Positions 10,066-18,789 of a DNA stretch of 64,000 bases are shown piece by piece. The first letter of the stretch is position 1, and each line of letters begins with the position of its first letter. Source of the DNA: a virus; UHGV virus genome UHGV-0049167; one strand, given 5' to 3'. Both the position numbers and the translations under genes were made by a program. The notes beneath the pieces were generated by a model. It had not been told where the DNA came from, searched no databases, and saw only the letters and a program-made list of their open reading frames with translations.

Positions 10066-11022
10066 ATGACACAGACCGGCATAATCGTCCTTCCGCATCA
10101 AATCAAAATGAAAGCGTGTGAAATACAACTCGACTACGACACCGTAATGTCAAAGGTAAGCCGCCCGCTTGCAAGGAAGCTGGTACACTCCGTGGAGCTT
10201 TTGCGGAAGTCGGAGAAAATGGCGTTGCGCCTCGACCCCGAAAACGGCTTTTACCTTGCGTTCAGCGGCGGCAAGGACAGCCAATGCCTCTACCATGTCG
10301 CAAAGCTGGCCGGTGTCCGCTTCAAGGCTCACATGAACCTTACGAGCATAGACCCGCCCGAAGTCATCCGCTTCGTCAAGACGCAATACCCCGATGTGGA
10401 GCTAATCAAACCACGGATGAGCATTTACGAAATGGCTAAGAAAAAGCACATCTTGCCTACAAGGATTTTGCGCTGGTGTTGCGCCGAGTTCAAGGAAACG
10501 TCAGGCGTTGGCAAAATAACACTTGTCGGTGTGAGAAAAGAAGAAAGCGCACGGCGAGCCAAACGTGAGGAAATATCCACAGAGATAAAGGGCAAGCGCA
10601 CTGAGGAAACCTTTGACCAATGGAGCGAACATGAGGAGAGCATGGTTGCGTGTGTCGGCGGTAAGGACAAAATCCTTGTATCGCCCATAATCTATTGGAC
10701 GGAGCGCGACGTGTGGGAGTTCCTTAACGTGAACGGCATACCACACTGCGAACTCTACGACGAGGGTTATACACGCATTGGCTGCATCTGTTGCCCTATG
10801 TCGCAACCATGGCAAAAAGCCAAAGAGATTAAACGTTGGCCGCACGTCAAACGCAATTGGATAAAGACAATCCAATGGCTGATAGACAACGGATATATCG
10901 ACCACAATTTCAACGACGCTGAAACAGGCTTTAGGTGGTGGATAAGCGGCAAGGGCTACAAGCAGTTCTACGCCGACGAGTTCCTGCAACAGAAAATTGA
11001 ATTTAAAGACAAAGACCAATGA
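10066..11022 (+). CDS. PAPS reductase-like PP-loop ATP pyrophosphatase family protein
   Basis: 318 aa; PP-loop motif LAFSGGKDSQ near N-terminus; C-terminal Cys cluster GCICCP. Confidence 0.65.
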   Translation: MTQTGIIVLPHQIKMKACEIQLDYDTVMSKVSRPLARKLVHSVELLRKSEKMALRLDPENGFYLAFSGGKDSQCLYHVAKLAGVRFKAHMNLTSIDPPEVIRFVKTQYPDVELIKPRMSIYEMAKKKHILPTRILRWCCAEFKETSGVGKITLVGVRKEESARRAKREEISTEIKGKRTEETFDQWSEHEESMVACVGGKDKILVSPIIYWTERDVWEFLNVNGIPHCELYDEGYTRIGCICCPMSQPWQKAKEIKRWPHVKRNWIKTIQWLIDNGYIDHNFNDAETGFRWWISGKGYKQFYADEFLQQKIEFKDKDQ

Positions 11023-11183
11023 AAGCGAGACATTGCGGCGAGTGCCGCCACTTCAAGAACGAGGACATCAACGGCGACGGCTGGTGCGGGAAGTACGACG
11101 TGGGCAGAAGATGTGGCAATGAGTGTTTGGCAAAGGAAAACAAAGGAAATACAAGGAAAATTTCCTCTAAAATCACAAGATAA
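11019..11183 (+). CDS. small Cys-rich protein (not in ORF track, under 60 aa)
   Basis: ATG at 11019 overlapping upstream stop (ATGA); 54 codons MKARHCGECRHFKNEDINGDGWCGKYD... Confidence 0.3.
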   Translation: MKARHCGECRHFKNEDINGDGWCGKYDVGRRCGNECLAKENKGNTRKISSKITR

Positions 11184-11216
11184 AATGGAGGGAAAGAATA
11201 TTAATACAAATAAGAT

Positions 11217-11579
11217 ATGACAAAAGAACAGATTGAAAAGGCGGCAACAGAAAGCTGTGTTATTGACAACAGCATCTTCAATCCAAAATACGTGCCGTAT
11301 TATGAACATGGGTTTATAGATGGTGCCAACTGGCGCATCAACGCCGTGTGGCACAAGCCGTCGGCCTATGGCGATGAACTGACAAGGAACGTTGAGGTTA
11401 TAGCAAAAACTAAAAGAGGCTATCGCTTTGGGATATTCGACATATTAGGCTGTTTCCACGAATATATAGCGTTTGTAAGCACATCAAATCTTGAATATGC
11501 GCTTTCCGATGTATTGGAATACGCGTATTTGGCTGATTTATTACCCGAAGGAAAGGAGGAAGAAGATGGAAGTCATTAA
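11217..11579 (+). CDS. hypothetical protein
   Basis: 120-aa ORF. Confidence 0.4.
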   Translation: MTKEQIEKAATESCVIDNSIFNPKYVPYYEHGFIDGANWRINAVWHKPSAYGDELTRNVEVIAKTKRGYRFGIFDILGCFHEYIAFVSTSNLEYALSDVLEYAYLADLLPEGKEEEDGSH

Positions 11580-11826
11580 GGTTACCAAAAGAACATACAG
11601 AGTGCTACATGCTGTTGATAAGCCATTTTTGAAATTCGGACAGTTTCGCAGGACGAGAGAAAGTATAGGTCTTCCTGTTCAGAGGCGTTGTTTTAATTGC
11701 AACCGTAAGTTCAAGGATGACGATGATGTCTATTTAGTCATGCTAAAAGGAACTCTCAACAGATTGTTTTGTAAAAGCTGCAATGACAAGGCTTTGAATG
11801 ATTTGAAGAAAGGAGGTCTGCAATGA
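11566..11826 (+). CDS. hypothetical protein
   Basis: ORF table 11491; start moved to ATG at 11566 preceded by GAAAGGAGGAAGAAG (RBS-like). Confidence 0.4.
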   Translation: MEVIKVTKRTYRVLHAVDKPFLKFGQFRRTRESIGLPVQRRCFNCNRKFKDDDDVYLVMLKGTLNRLFCKSCNDKALNDLKKGGLQ

Positions 11827-12572
11827 CAGCATACGTACGACAGGCTACGGCAGTGAGCAGCCAGCGCGCGATGGAGGTGTTCGAGCGTCTCAACTCACTC
11901 GTCAACCTTGTTATAGGAGCCGCCAACACAGTGGCGGGCAAGACAATGTTCGACGCCATAGAGAGAGTACGGAAGACACCGTACTACCGTTTCACTCTGA
12001 AGCGTCACCTCAGGGAAGCGGAGAGGGCGTACTACGCCTATGAGAAACTTCACATCCAGAACTTCGGAGACCGGACGCAGCTCTTCTATGACTATCTTGA
12101 CACAGTGGAGGAGGACATACAGCCGCATGTCGACATCCTGCGCTTCTCCATCAAGTCGCTGCTCGACAAGTACAGGCAGACCGAGACGGAGCTTAAATCC
12201 TATGTCGAGACCGCCCGCAATCTTCTGGCATACGCGGTACATCTTTACGATGTGCAGATAAAGACGGCTGACGAAGCCGCGCCCGGCATTCATTTTGACA
12301 AATACATGAATCCTGCGCGGCTGTCACGCACCCTCTACCATTTTGAGCAGGCTGCTGACATGATATGCAAGACCGAGGACGGGATAACCATAGACCTGAA
12401 CAAGGACGCCAACGCCATGCTCGCCTTCCGTATCATAGAGAAGAAGCTGACGAGCGAGCGTTTCCTAAACCGTGTTGGCTATGAGGCGTTGAAGCTTAAT
12501 CCTGAATGCCGCAAATACATTACCGACGAGGATTGGAACGAGCTTGAAAGCAATTGCACGTCACAGGAATAG
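11823..12572 (+). CDS. hypothetical protein
   Basis: 249 aa, ATGA overlap with upstream gene. Confidence 0.45.
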   Translation: MTAYVRQATAVSSQRAMEVFERLNSLVNLVIGAANTVAGKTMFDAIERVRKTPYYRFTLKRHLREAERAYYAYEKLHIQNFGDRTQLFYDYLDTVEEDIQPHVDILRFSIKSLLDKYRQTETELKSYVETARNLLAYAVHLYDVQIKTADEAAPGIHFDKYMNPARLSRTLYHFEQAADMICKTEDGITIDLNKDANAMLAFRIIEKKLTSERFLNRVGYEALKLNPECRKYITDEDWNELESNCTSQE

Positions 12573-12693
12573 AGGTATTTTTAGCATAAATATTAATTAG
12601 TTAAAAATTTAAATAGTAAGATAATCGCAAGATGTTTGTTCTCATATAACTAATATTGTTTATGAAAAGTAATCGATTTCCCGATATTATGGT

Positions 12694-12701
12694 TATTTTT
12701 G
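12694..12701 (+). promoter_or_regulatory. Bacteroides-type -7 promoter box candidate (TAnnTTTG)
   Basis: TATTTTTG 8 nt upstream of the ATG at 12709, inside a ~135-bp AT-rich ORF-free stretch. Confidence 0.3.
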
Positions 12702-12708
12702 CAAACAA

Positions 12709-13764
12709 ATGAATTTTGCCAAATTTTACGATATAAGTGATTGGGTAGAAAAGCCCTACATCAACACAAAAGGTACCAGGAACAAATGTATTGTCATAGA
12801 CCCAGATAGTGGTATTGAATATTATTTCAAAACCTCTATCCACAAAGGTGCTATGGACTACAAGACTGAGTTCTGGTCAGAAATCATAGCTTCCAAAGTT
12901 GGGCAATATCTGAATTTCAATGTGCTGGATTATAACATAGCCAAACATAAGGATGAAGTCGGTTGCCTCTCTATGTCTATGATAAAAGACGGTGAATGCC
13001 TTACGGAGGGTATAAGTCTACTGACAGGATTCGACAATACTTATCGACCGTCAGACAAAGATTCATATTCACAATACACTTTCCATTTCATTGAAGAGGC
13101 CATAAGCAGTTTCGGATTGTCAAAGAACATTGACGATGTTATCAGGACCATTATCTTTGACTCTATAATAGGGAATAGTGACAGGCATCAAGAAAACTGG
13201 GGGTTCATCACGCCTTTTCAAGAAAAAACATTAACAAGGGAGGAGGCAAAAAGTTTTCTTGGAAGATTGAAAGAGCGCATCAAGAAGATACAGGATTCAT
13301 CGCGTGGCAACAACGGAAACGTTCCTTTAGACGTCCACGTCAAGATACGGATTTTGCAAATTGTCGGTAAATACGCTCCGATATATGACAGTGGATGCTG
13401 TCTCGCACGTGAAAAAAACGAAGGAGCCGTAAGGCAAATGCTTAATGACAAAATAATGTTCGACAGTTTTGTCAACCGTGGGCAGTCTGAAATACGTTGG
13501 GACGAAAGTGGGAGAAAGCTAAACCATTTCGAGTTGATAAAGCGCATAAAAGAAAAATATTACGAAGTCGTTACCGATACAATCAACCAAGTCATCGCCG
13601 TTTATGATGAAAATAAGATACATGACATTGTATTTAACATAGACAAGCGCCTTCCTGACGTACTGAAAGCTGACGAACGTTGGGCTTTGTCTGATGACAG
13701 GAAAGAATTGATATGTAGATTGATTGACGAACGTTTTAACAGACTAAAAAACATTATATTATGA
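12709..13764 (+). CDS. HipA-like Ser/Thr kinase family protein
   Basis: 351 aa; catalytic-loop-like IIGNSDRHQENWGF and downstream APIYDSGCCL fit the HipA C-terminal kinase signature; AT-rich gene. Confidence 0.55.
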   Translation: MNFAKFYDISDWVEKPYINTKGTRNKCIVIDPDSGIEYYFKTSIHKGAMDYKTEFWSEIIASKVGQYLNFNVLDYNIAKHKDEVGCLSMSMIKDGECLTEGISLLTGFDNTYRPSDKDSYSQYTFHFIEEAISSFGLSKNIDDVIRTIIFDSIIGNSDRHQENWGFITPFQEKTLTREEAKSFLGRLKERIKKIQDSSRGNNGNVPLDVHVKIRILQIVGKYAPIYDSGCCLAREKNEGAVRQMLNDKIMFDSFVNRGQSEIRWDESGRKLNHFELIKRIKEKYYEVVTDTINQVIAVYDENKIHDIVFNIDKRLPDVLKADERWALSDDRKELICRLIDERFNRLKNIIL

Positions 13765-14432
13765 AAAGATATATAAGACAAATCTACTTGGTATGGAGAC
13801 GAGGTAGAAACGAAAGAAGAATAAAGGTCGGAAGAATTCTCCGTAATAGTACGGAGGGGGTACGGTTCATGTACATGTCAGAAGGAGTCAAGGAAGCAGT
13901 GGAAAAAGGATTCAATATGTATCCTGATTTTCCAGACCCAGGAAAAGTGTACCATAACAACGTGCTTGAAATATTTTCACAGAGGTTGAACAACACCGAA
14001 CGTTCAGATATACAAAAGTATTATGACTATTGGGAAATAAGCCCTGAGATGAAAGATGACAAATATTATGTGCTTGCCCAAACGCAAGGACTTCTGCCGA
14101 CAGACACATTCGAGTTTCTTGCAGAATATTATCCGGTAAAGGATTTGCGTTTTACCAGCGAAATTTGTGGATTGACAAAAATGCAGCTTCCTAACGGAAC
14201 TTTGAAAGAAGGTGATATGCTAAAATGGAAATTGGAGCCAAGTAATCCTTACGATAAATATGCCGTAAAGTTATATAAGGAGAATAAGGAATTAGGATAT
14301 GTTAAATTAATACACAGTAAGGTTTTCCATGATTCAAAATACAAAAAATTCGCTGTAAAGGTAAAAAGCGTAGAACAGAATGGACATATAAACAGGGTTT
14401 TTGTTTCCGTATCCACTATTAATGTCAGGTAA
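13761..14432 (+). CDS. HIRAN-domain protein
   Basis: 223 aa, ATGA-coupled to the kinase gene; C-terminal LEPSNPYDKYAVKLYKENKELGYV matches the HIRAN core motif. Confidence 0.5.
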   Translation: MKRYIRQIYLVWRRGRNERRIKVGRILRNSTEGVRFMYMSEGVKEAVEKGFNMYPDFPDPGKVYHNNVLEIFSQRLNNTERSDIQKYYDYWEISPEMKDDKYYVLAQTQGLLPTDTFEFLAEYYPVKDLRFTSEICGLTKMQLPNGTLKEGDMLKWKLEPSNPYDKYAVKLYKENKELGYVKLIHSKVFHDSKYKKFAVKVKSVEQNGHINRVFVSVSTINVR

Positions 14433-14523
14433 TTCCACTTTCACGATAAAAAGCATTAAGCCCGATTGCCAAATGTGGCGGTCGGGCTTAATCTATCTAT
14501 AAACATAATTAAGACAAAACAAT

Positions 14524-15078
14524 ATGAACTTAAAGAAACTATCACAAAAAGCTTTTGAGACCGCAAAGGCGCACGGATGGCATGATGAAGAACTTCCTGA
14601 CGAAACTTATTTGATGCTTATCATAACGGAGATAGCCGAAGCTGTACAGGCAGATCGCAATAACAGGCACACGGATATAGACCTTTTCAAAGCATTACTT
14701 GAAACATACGCCAAAGATGATGCTGTATTTAAGTATGAATTTGAGACACATATCAAAAACAACGTCGAGGATGAGCTTAGCGACATAATCATACGCTGTC
14801 TTGACCTTGCCGCGCTACGTAATTGCGACCTTTCCCTTGCAAAGGCTGTGACAGACGACAATATTTTTACAGTGAATGACGAGCTGCCAAAATTCGCTTT
14901 CAGGATGTGCTGGATGCTTACGTATGAAGCTGACACCTTGTGCAGCCGACTGAATTGCTGTATTGCTGGCGTCATCGCATACTGCCATCAAAAAGACATC
15001 GACATCGACTTCTTCGTCGAGCAGAAGATGCGCTATAACAGACTCCGCCCATTTAAGCATGGGAATAAGAAATATTAA
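14524..15078 (+). CDS. MazG-like nucleotide pyrophosphohydrolase family protein
   Basis: 184 aa; AHGWHDEE...LMLIITEIAEAVQADR and EDELSDIIIRCLDLAA resemble the EExxE/ELxD helices of phage MazG-like proteins. Confidence 0.5.
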   Translation: MNLKKLSQKAFETAKAHGWHDEELPDETYLMLIITEIAEAVQADRNNRHTDIDLFKALLETYAKDDAVFKYEFETHIKNNVEDELSDIIIRCLDLAALRNCDLSLAKAVTDDNIFTVNDELPKFAFRMCWMLTYEADTLCSRLNCCIAGVIAYCHQKDIDIDFFVEQKMRYNRLRPFKHGNKKY

Positions 15079-15085
15079 ACATATT

Positions 15086-15469
15086 ATGAAAATGAAAAAT
15101 TTTGATTACAAGACATCTTTTGAGGCTTTCGCCGTAATGGTAACGGCATGGGTTACATTCTTTCTGACTGACGTTTTCCTGCCGGAATGGTTATTCTGGT
15201 TATTCTTCTTGTTATTTGTCCTTATGCTGCTATGGTGCGCCGGTTACAAAAGACCTCATTACTGGTTCTATATCAGACACAGGCAGGACAACAAAAATGA
15301 TGTGGGTGTCCTGAAGACATACAGTCCGTATACCCCGTTTTACGTTTTCGGGGATTCTGACGGAGTAATAAGCCAGAACTGCTTTGAAATCAGTTGTGAT
15401 GACTACGAGAGATTGTTCGTATCTATAAACTCAGAAAAGGAGGAATCTGATGACACAGATGCCAAATGA
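15086..15469 (+). CDS. small membrane protein
   Basis: ORF table 14963; start moved to ATG at 15086 after upstream stop; two hydrophobic helices (AVMVTAWVTFFLTDVFL, LFWLFFLLFVLMLLW). Confidence 0.4.
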   Translation: MKMKNFDYKTSFEAFAVMVTAWVTFFLTDVFLPEWLFWLFFLLFVLMLLWCAGYKRPHYWFYIRHRQDNKNDVGVLKTYSPYTPFYVFGDSDGVISQNCFEISCDDYERLFVSINSEKEESDDTDAK

Positions 15470-15655
15470 TGTATACTCCGCCCGTCTGTTTGCCGAGGCG
15501 GAGCATCTGATTGCCATACATTGTCCGCGCTCGGCACAGGCTCCTGTGCGACGCATAGCAAGGCACGATGCCGATGTTTACGGGTTGGACTATGGGGAAG
15601 CTTTGGTGCGACGGCAGGGAGAGTTCTACGAAAGACTGTTCCCAGATGGCTGATA

Positions 15656-16165
15656 CTACCACTGCCAAAGCCTATAATATACGGATATTCCTATGAAAGG
15701 TGTCGGTTTCATGTCTTTCCCTATACCGTAACCTGCGGCAATACCGACGCCAAGGAGCGGACTTTCCTTGTACCTTGTGACAGTTACAGTCTCGTGTCTC
15801 GGATATACAAATATACTGTCAAGATTCGCGCGGAATCCGCTCACGTATGCGGTATAGGTACTGTCCTTATAGACTTTGGAAGTTATAGGCAGTGTCACCT
15901 TGACGCTGTCGCCTGTATTCCCGCCCTTCTCTTCGTATATCGTGTCTTTGCGGCAAGTCACGGGCAACGTCTCCGTAACATACCGTATCACCGTACTGTC
16001 TTTGGGTACAGGATTCAAGAACGGAATGGTGTCTATATATGTAGTCCGTACTGTGTCCTGATTCGTTGTTTTCTTTCCGGCATTACTGCACTGGAGTATG
16101 TTGACGCATAATGATGCGGTCAACAACACCGATACTACCACAAGCAATCCTTTAAATCTTCCCAT
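15656..16165 (-). CDS. putative lipoprotein
   Basis: 169 aa; signal peptide with Cys at LTASLC; last gene of the minus-strand cassette. Confidence 0.45.
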   Translation of the reverse strand: MGRFKGLLVVVSVLLTASLCVNILQCSNAGKKTTNQDTVRTTYIDTIPFLNPVPKDSTVIRYVTETLPVTCRKDTIYEEKGGNTGDSVKVTLPITSKVYKDSTYTAYVSGFRANLDSIFVYPRHETVTVTRYKESPLLGVGIAAGYGIGKDMKPTPFIGISVYYRLWQW

Positions 16166-16184
16166 GTTCTTTCATTTTTTATTA

Positions 16185-16222
16185 AACAAAAAGCGGCAAC
16201 CCTTGATATGTGGGTCACCGCC
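16185..16222 (-). terminator. intrinsic terminator candidate downstream of the XRE/ImmA gene
   Basis: imperfect GC stem (GCGGCAACCC / GGGTCACCGC) followed on the minus strand by a T5 run. Confidence 0.35.
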
Positions 16223-16247
16223 TGTGTTGTATCAAAATAGATAATTG

Positions 16248-17303
16248 TTATATTAGTGGCTTTAATGATATTATCCTAGCAGATTTGCCGAATATCTTTA
16301 TCAAGACATCCTCGGGCAAGCCTGTGCTTTCCGAAATCATGCTGATTGAATACCCCAATGTGTCCGATACCAGCCTATATGCCTGCTCAAAGACGGTAGG
16401 GCTGTCAATAGGCACTTCGTAAGGTTCTTTCTTATTCCAATGACGTCTGCTGAACTCCATTCTCATAGACTTGTACTTCTCACTTGCAATGGCGTTTATG
16501 TTTTTTGCCTTTTCCAAAAGTGATGCCATGGAAACAAGCCAATACCGTTTCAGCTCAGGGAACTGTCCGAGTCTGACATTGTGCAAGGCGTTTCTGACAA
16601 CTTGGGAGGGGAGAAGGAACTCCGATGCAAAAGCGTTCGCCTCTTTCTCCTTGTCTCTAATGCTGAATACCGGGAAACTTGGGCACTCGTGCATCAGTAT
16701 GTGTCCCAGCTCATGTGCAAGCGTAAACCTTACCCTGTCGTTGCTTCTGTTCCTGTTCACGATGATAAGATGATTGCCTGCGTCAGTTATCAGGGAAACC
16801 CCGTCAAACTCGTCGTTAGGACTGTCCCACATGTAAATGAATACCCCGTTTCGCTCAAGGAATTTGCAAATATCGGATATAGGCGACATGCCGAGCCTGT
16901 ATTTGTTCCTTATGTGCCCGGCAAGTTCCTCCGGGCTTATGCCGTTGTCCATGTCGTAGTATCCAAATGAATAGTCAGGTATCTCGACAAATTCACTAAG
17001 CCAATCAAAACAATACGCAATCAGGGATATTGTCCTGTCTATCTCGTTGCGTGTCTTTACGGTTATGGTAGCCTTTTTCCTGTAATGCTTGCTGTCTACC
17101 TTGTTCACAATATTCATGTCAAGGAATTTCATCGGGAAATCAAGCGTGGACATAATCAAACCAAGCATGTTGTCAGACAGCCCGCCAAACCCCTTTTCGT
17201 ATTTTGACAGGTTGGATTGCGACAGCCCTTTGACTTTTGCCGCGAGTGCGGTTTGCGTGAATCCCCTGTATTCCCTTGCGAATGTAAGCTGCTCACATTT
17301 CAT
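16248..17303 (-). CDS. XRE-family HTH fused to ImmA/IrrE (M78) zinc metallopeptidase domain
   Basis: 351 aa; N-terminal HTH (LTFAREYRGFTQTALAAKVKGLSQSNLSKYEKG); HEXXH in FTLAHELGHILMHE. Confidence 0.7.
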   Translation of the reverse strand: MKCEQLTFAREYRGFTQTALAAKVKGLSQSNLSKYEKGFGGLSDNMLGLIMSTLDFPMKFLDMNIVNKVDSKHYRKKATITVKTRNEIDRTISLIAYCFDWLSEFVEIPDYSFGYYDMDNGISPEELAGHIRNKYRLGMSPISDICKFLERNGVFIYMWDSPNDEFDGVSLITDAGNHLIIVNRNRSNDRVRFTLAHELGHILMHECPSFPVFSIRDKEKEANAFASEFLLPSQVVRNALHNVRLGQFPELKRYWLVSMASLLEKAKNINAIASEKYKSMRMEFSRRHWNKKEPYEVPIDSPTVFEQAYRLVSDTLGYSISMISESTGLPEDVLIKIFGKSARIISLKPLI

Positions 17304-17352
17304 AAGACATTGCTTTTATAGTTCTTTTTTTAACAGACGGTGTGCCCTGCTG

Positions 17353-17946
17353 TTATTCTGCTTTCTTTTCTCCTGTCTCTTTCTTTTTCAGGCGGACAAC
17401 AATCTCCTGCGTGTCTGTATTGGCAACCGGTACATTCACACCGTCTTCCATATAGGAAGTCCATTGAACCCCATCGTCATACAAGACAATTCTCGGGTTT
17501 ACGAGCTGCCCGAAACCGTCCTTTGTATATCCGAAAATCAATATCGGCTCTTCCTTGCCTTCATCGCCTTGGAAAAGCGGTAATTGGTATTGGTTGACAA
17601 TCGAATCTGAAAGTATTGTCGGAATGTAAGACGGCTTGTCATTCTTGTTCAATTTCTTGATGAGCATGAGCACACCGTTCCATCTGAATATTATCCTTCC
17701 GTATTTGCCTTTGTTCCAGTTCTCGGGAAATGTGAGAATGAAACTCTCTGTTATTTTTGCGTTAAGCAAAGGACCTACAAGCCTTGTCCTTGCTTCAGGT
17801 ATGGTCATATTTACTTCTTCATTGTAATTTGCCAAACCTGCGTAATACGCCTTGAAGATGTCCTCATAACAATCTTTTAGCAGTTCCAACGCTTCTTTTT
17901 TCGTGATGCGTTTTCGTTTCTTAAAATTATTATTTATATTTGCCAT
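17353..17946 (-). CDS. hypothetical protein, upstream partner of the XRE/ImmA gene
   Basis: ORF table start 17970 is GTG; first ATG at 17946 (MANINNNFKK...); same strand, 46-nt gap to the ImmA gene. Confidence 0.45.
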   Translation of the reverse strand: MANINNNFKKRKRITKKEALELLKDCYEDIFKAYYAGLANYNEEVNMTIPEARTRLVGPLLNAKITESFILTFPENWNKGKYGRIIFRWNGVLMLIKKLNKNDKPSYIPTILSDSIVNQYQLPLFQGDEGKEEPILIFGYTKDGFGQLVNPRIVLYDDGVQWTSYMEDGVNVPVANTDTQEIVVRLKKKETGEKKAE

Positions 17947-18165
17947 ATAATTTAAATTTAAGACGGGCACACCGTCTGTAATTTCAGCCCTTATTGCCGT
18001 AAGGGCTTCTTATATGGTGCAAAGATATATAATTTCCCCAAATAATTGTATATAATTTTTCGAAAATATTGTATATTTAACGGCAACCCACAATGTCAAA
18101 GAACGCCTTTACGACGGTTGCAAATTCCGCAACCGTCGTCAGTTATTTCCATTTTGGAAACGAGC

Positions 18166-18759
18166 TCACACTTTCCCCAAGTACGCCATGATGCCTTCCA
18201 CGTGCAGCTCCACAATGGTTCGCTTGCCTTTCTCGCTCAGCAGATAGTCCACGTCCTCCCGGTTGTCCTGAAAAAGGTTTTCAGTCAGGACTGCGGGACA
18301 ATTTGTGTCACGGCATATTGCGAGATTCTGTGTCCAATATGGCTCATCCTGTGAGTATCTTCGGACTTTCAGTCCTTGTGTCTCTGCCGCGTCAATCAGA
18401 CGGCAGGCGAGCTCTTTGCTCTTCTTTGAAGCGTTGCGCGAGACATAAGCCGACCATCCTCTGGCGTCATGCCATTTGCCGTCGGCACCAGCCGCGTTAC
18501 AGTGTATTGAGACAAGTATCGCTTTCTTTCCTGTCGCGGCATAAATCCTGTTTGCCCTTTCGCACCGCTCTTTCAGGCTGATGTCGTTTTCCTCGGGCAC
18601 AATGCGCTGCGCGTCATATCCACGTGCCTTGAGTTCCCTTTCAAGACGCACTGCAATCTCACGGGCGTATGCGTATTCGAGCAGGCGTCCGTCAGGCGAC
18701 CGTTTCCCTGCGGTGTCCTTTCCGTGTCCCGCATCAAGTATAACTTTAAAATTTTCCAT
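18166..18759 (-). CDS. N-acetylmuramoyl-L-alanine amidase (Amidase_3 family) endolysin
   Basis: 197 aa; VILDAGHGKDTAGKRSPDG and SIHCNA motifs typical of Amidase_3; adjacent to holin-like genes. Confidence 0.8.
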   Translation of the reverse strand: MENFKVILDAGHGKDTAGKRSPDGRLLEYAYAREIAVRLERELKARGYDAQRIVPEENDISLKERCERANRIYAATGKKAILVSIHCNAAGADGKWHDARGWSAYVSRNASKKSKELACRLIDAAETQGLKVRRYSQDEPYWTQNLAICRDTNCPAVLTENLFQDNREDVDYLLSEKGKRTIVELHVEGIMAYLGKV

Positions 18760-18789
18760 GATTTATAATGTTGTAAAATGCGTTTATCG

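Noticed and set aside
15521-16111. 196-aa plus-strand ORF
   Set aside because: Fully antisense to the lipoprotein gene 15656..16165, which has a signal peptide and better coding character; treated as a shadow ORF.
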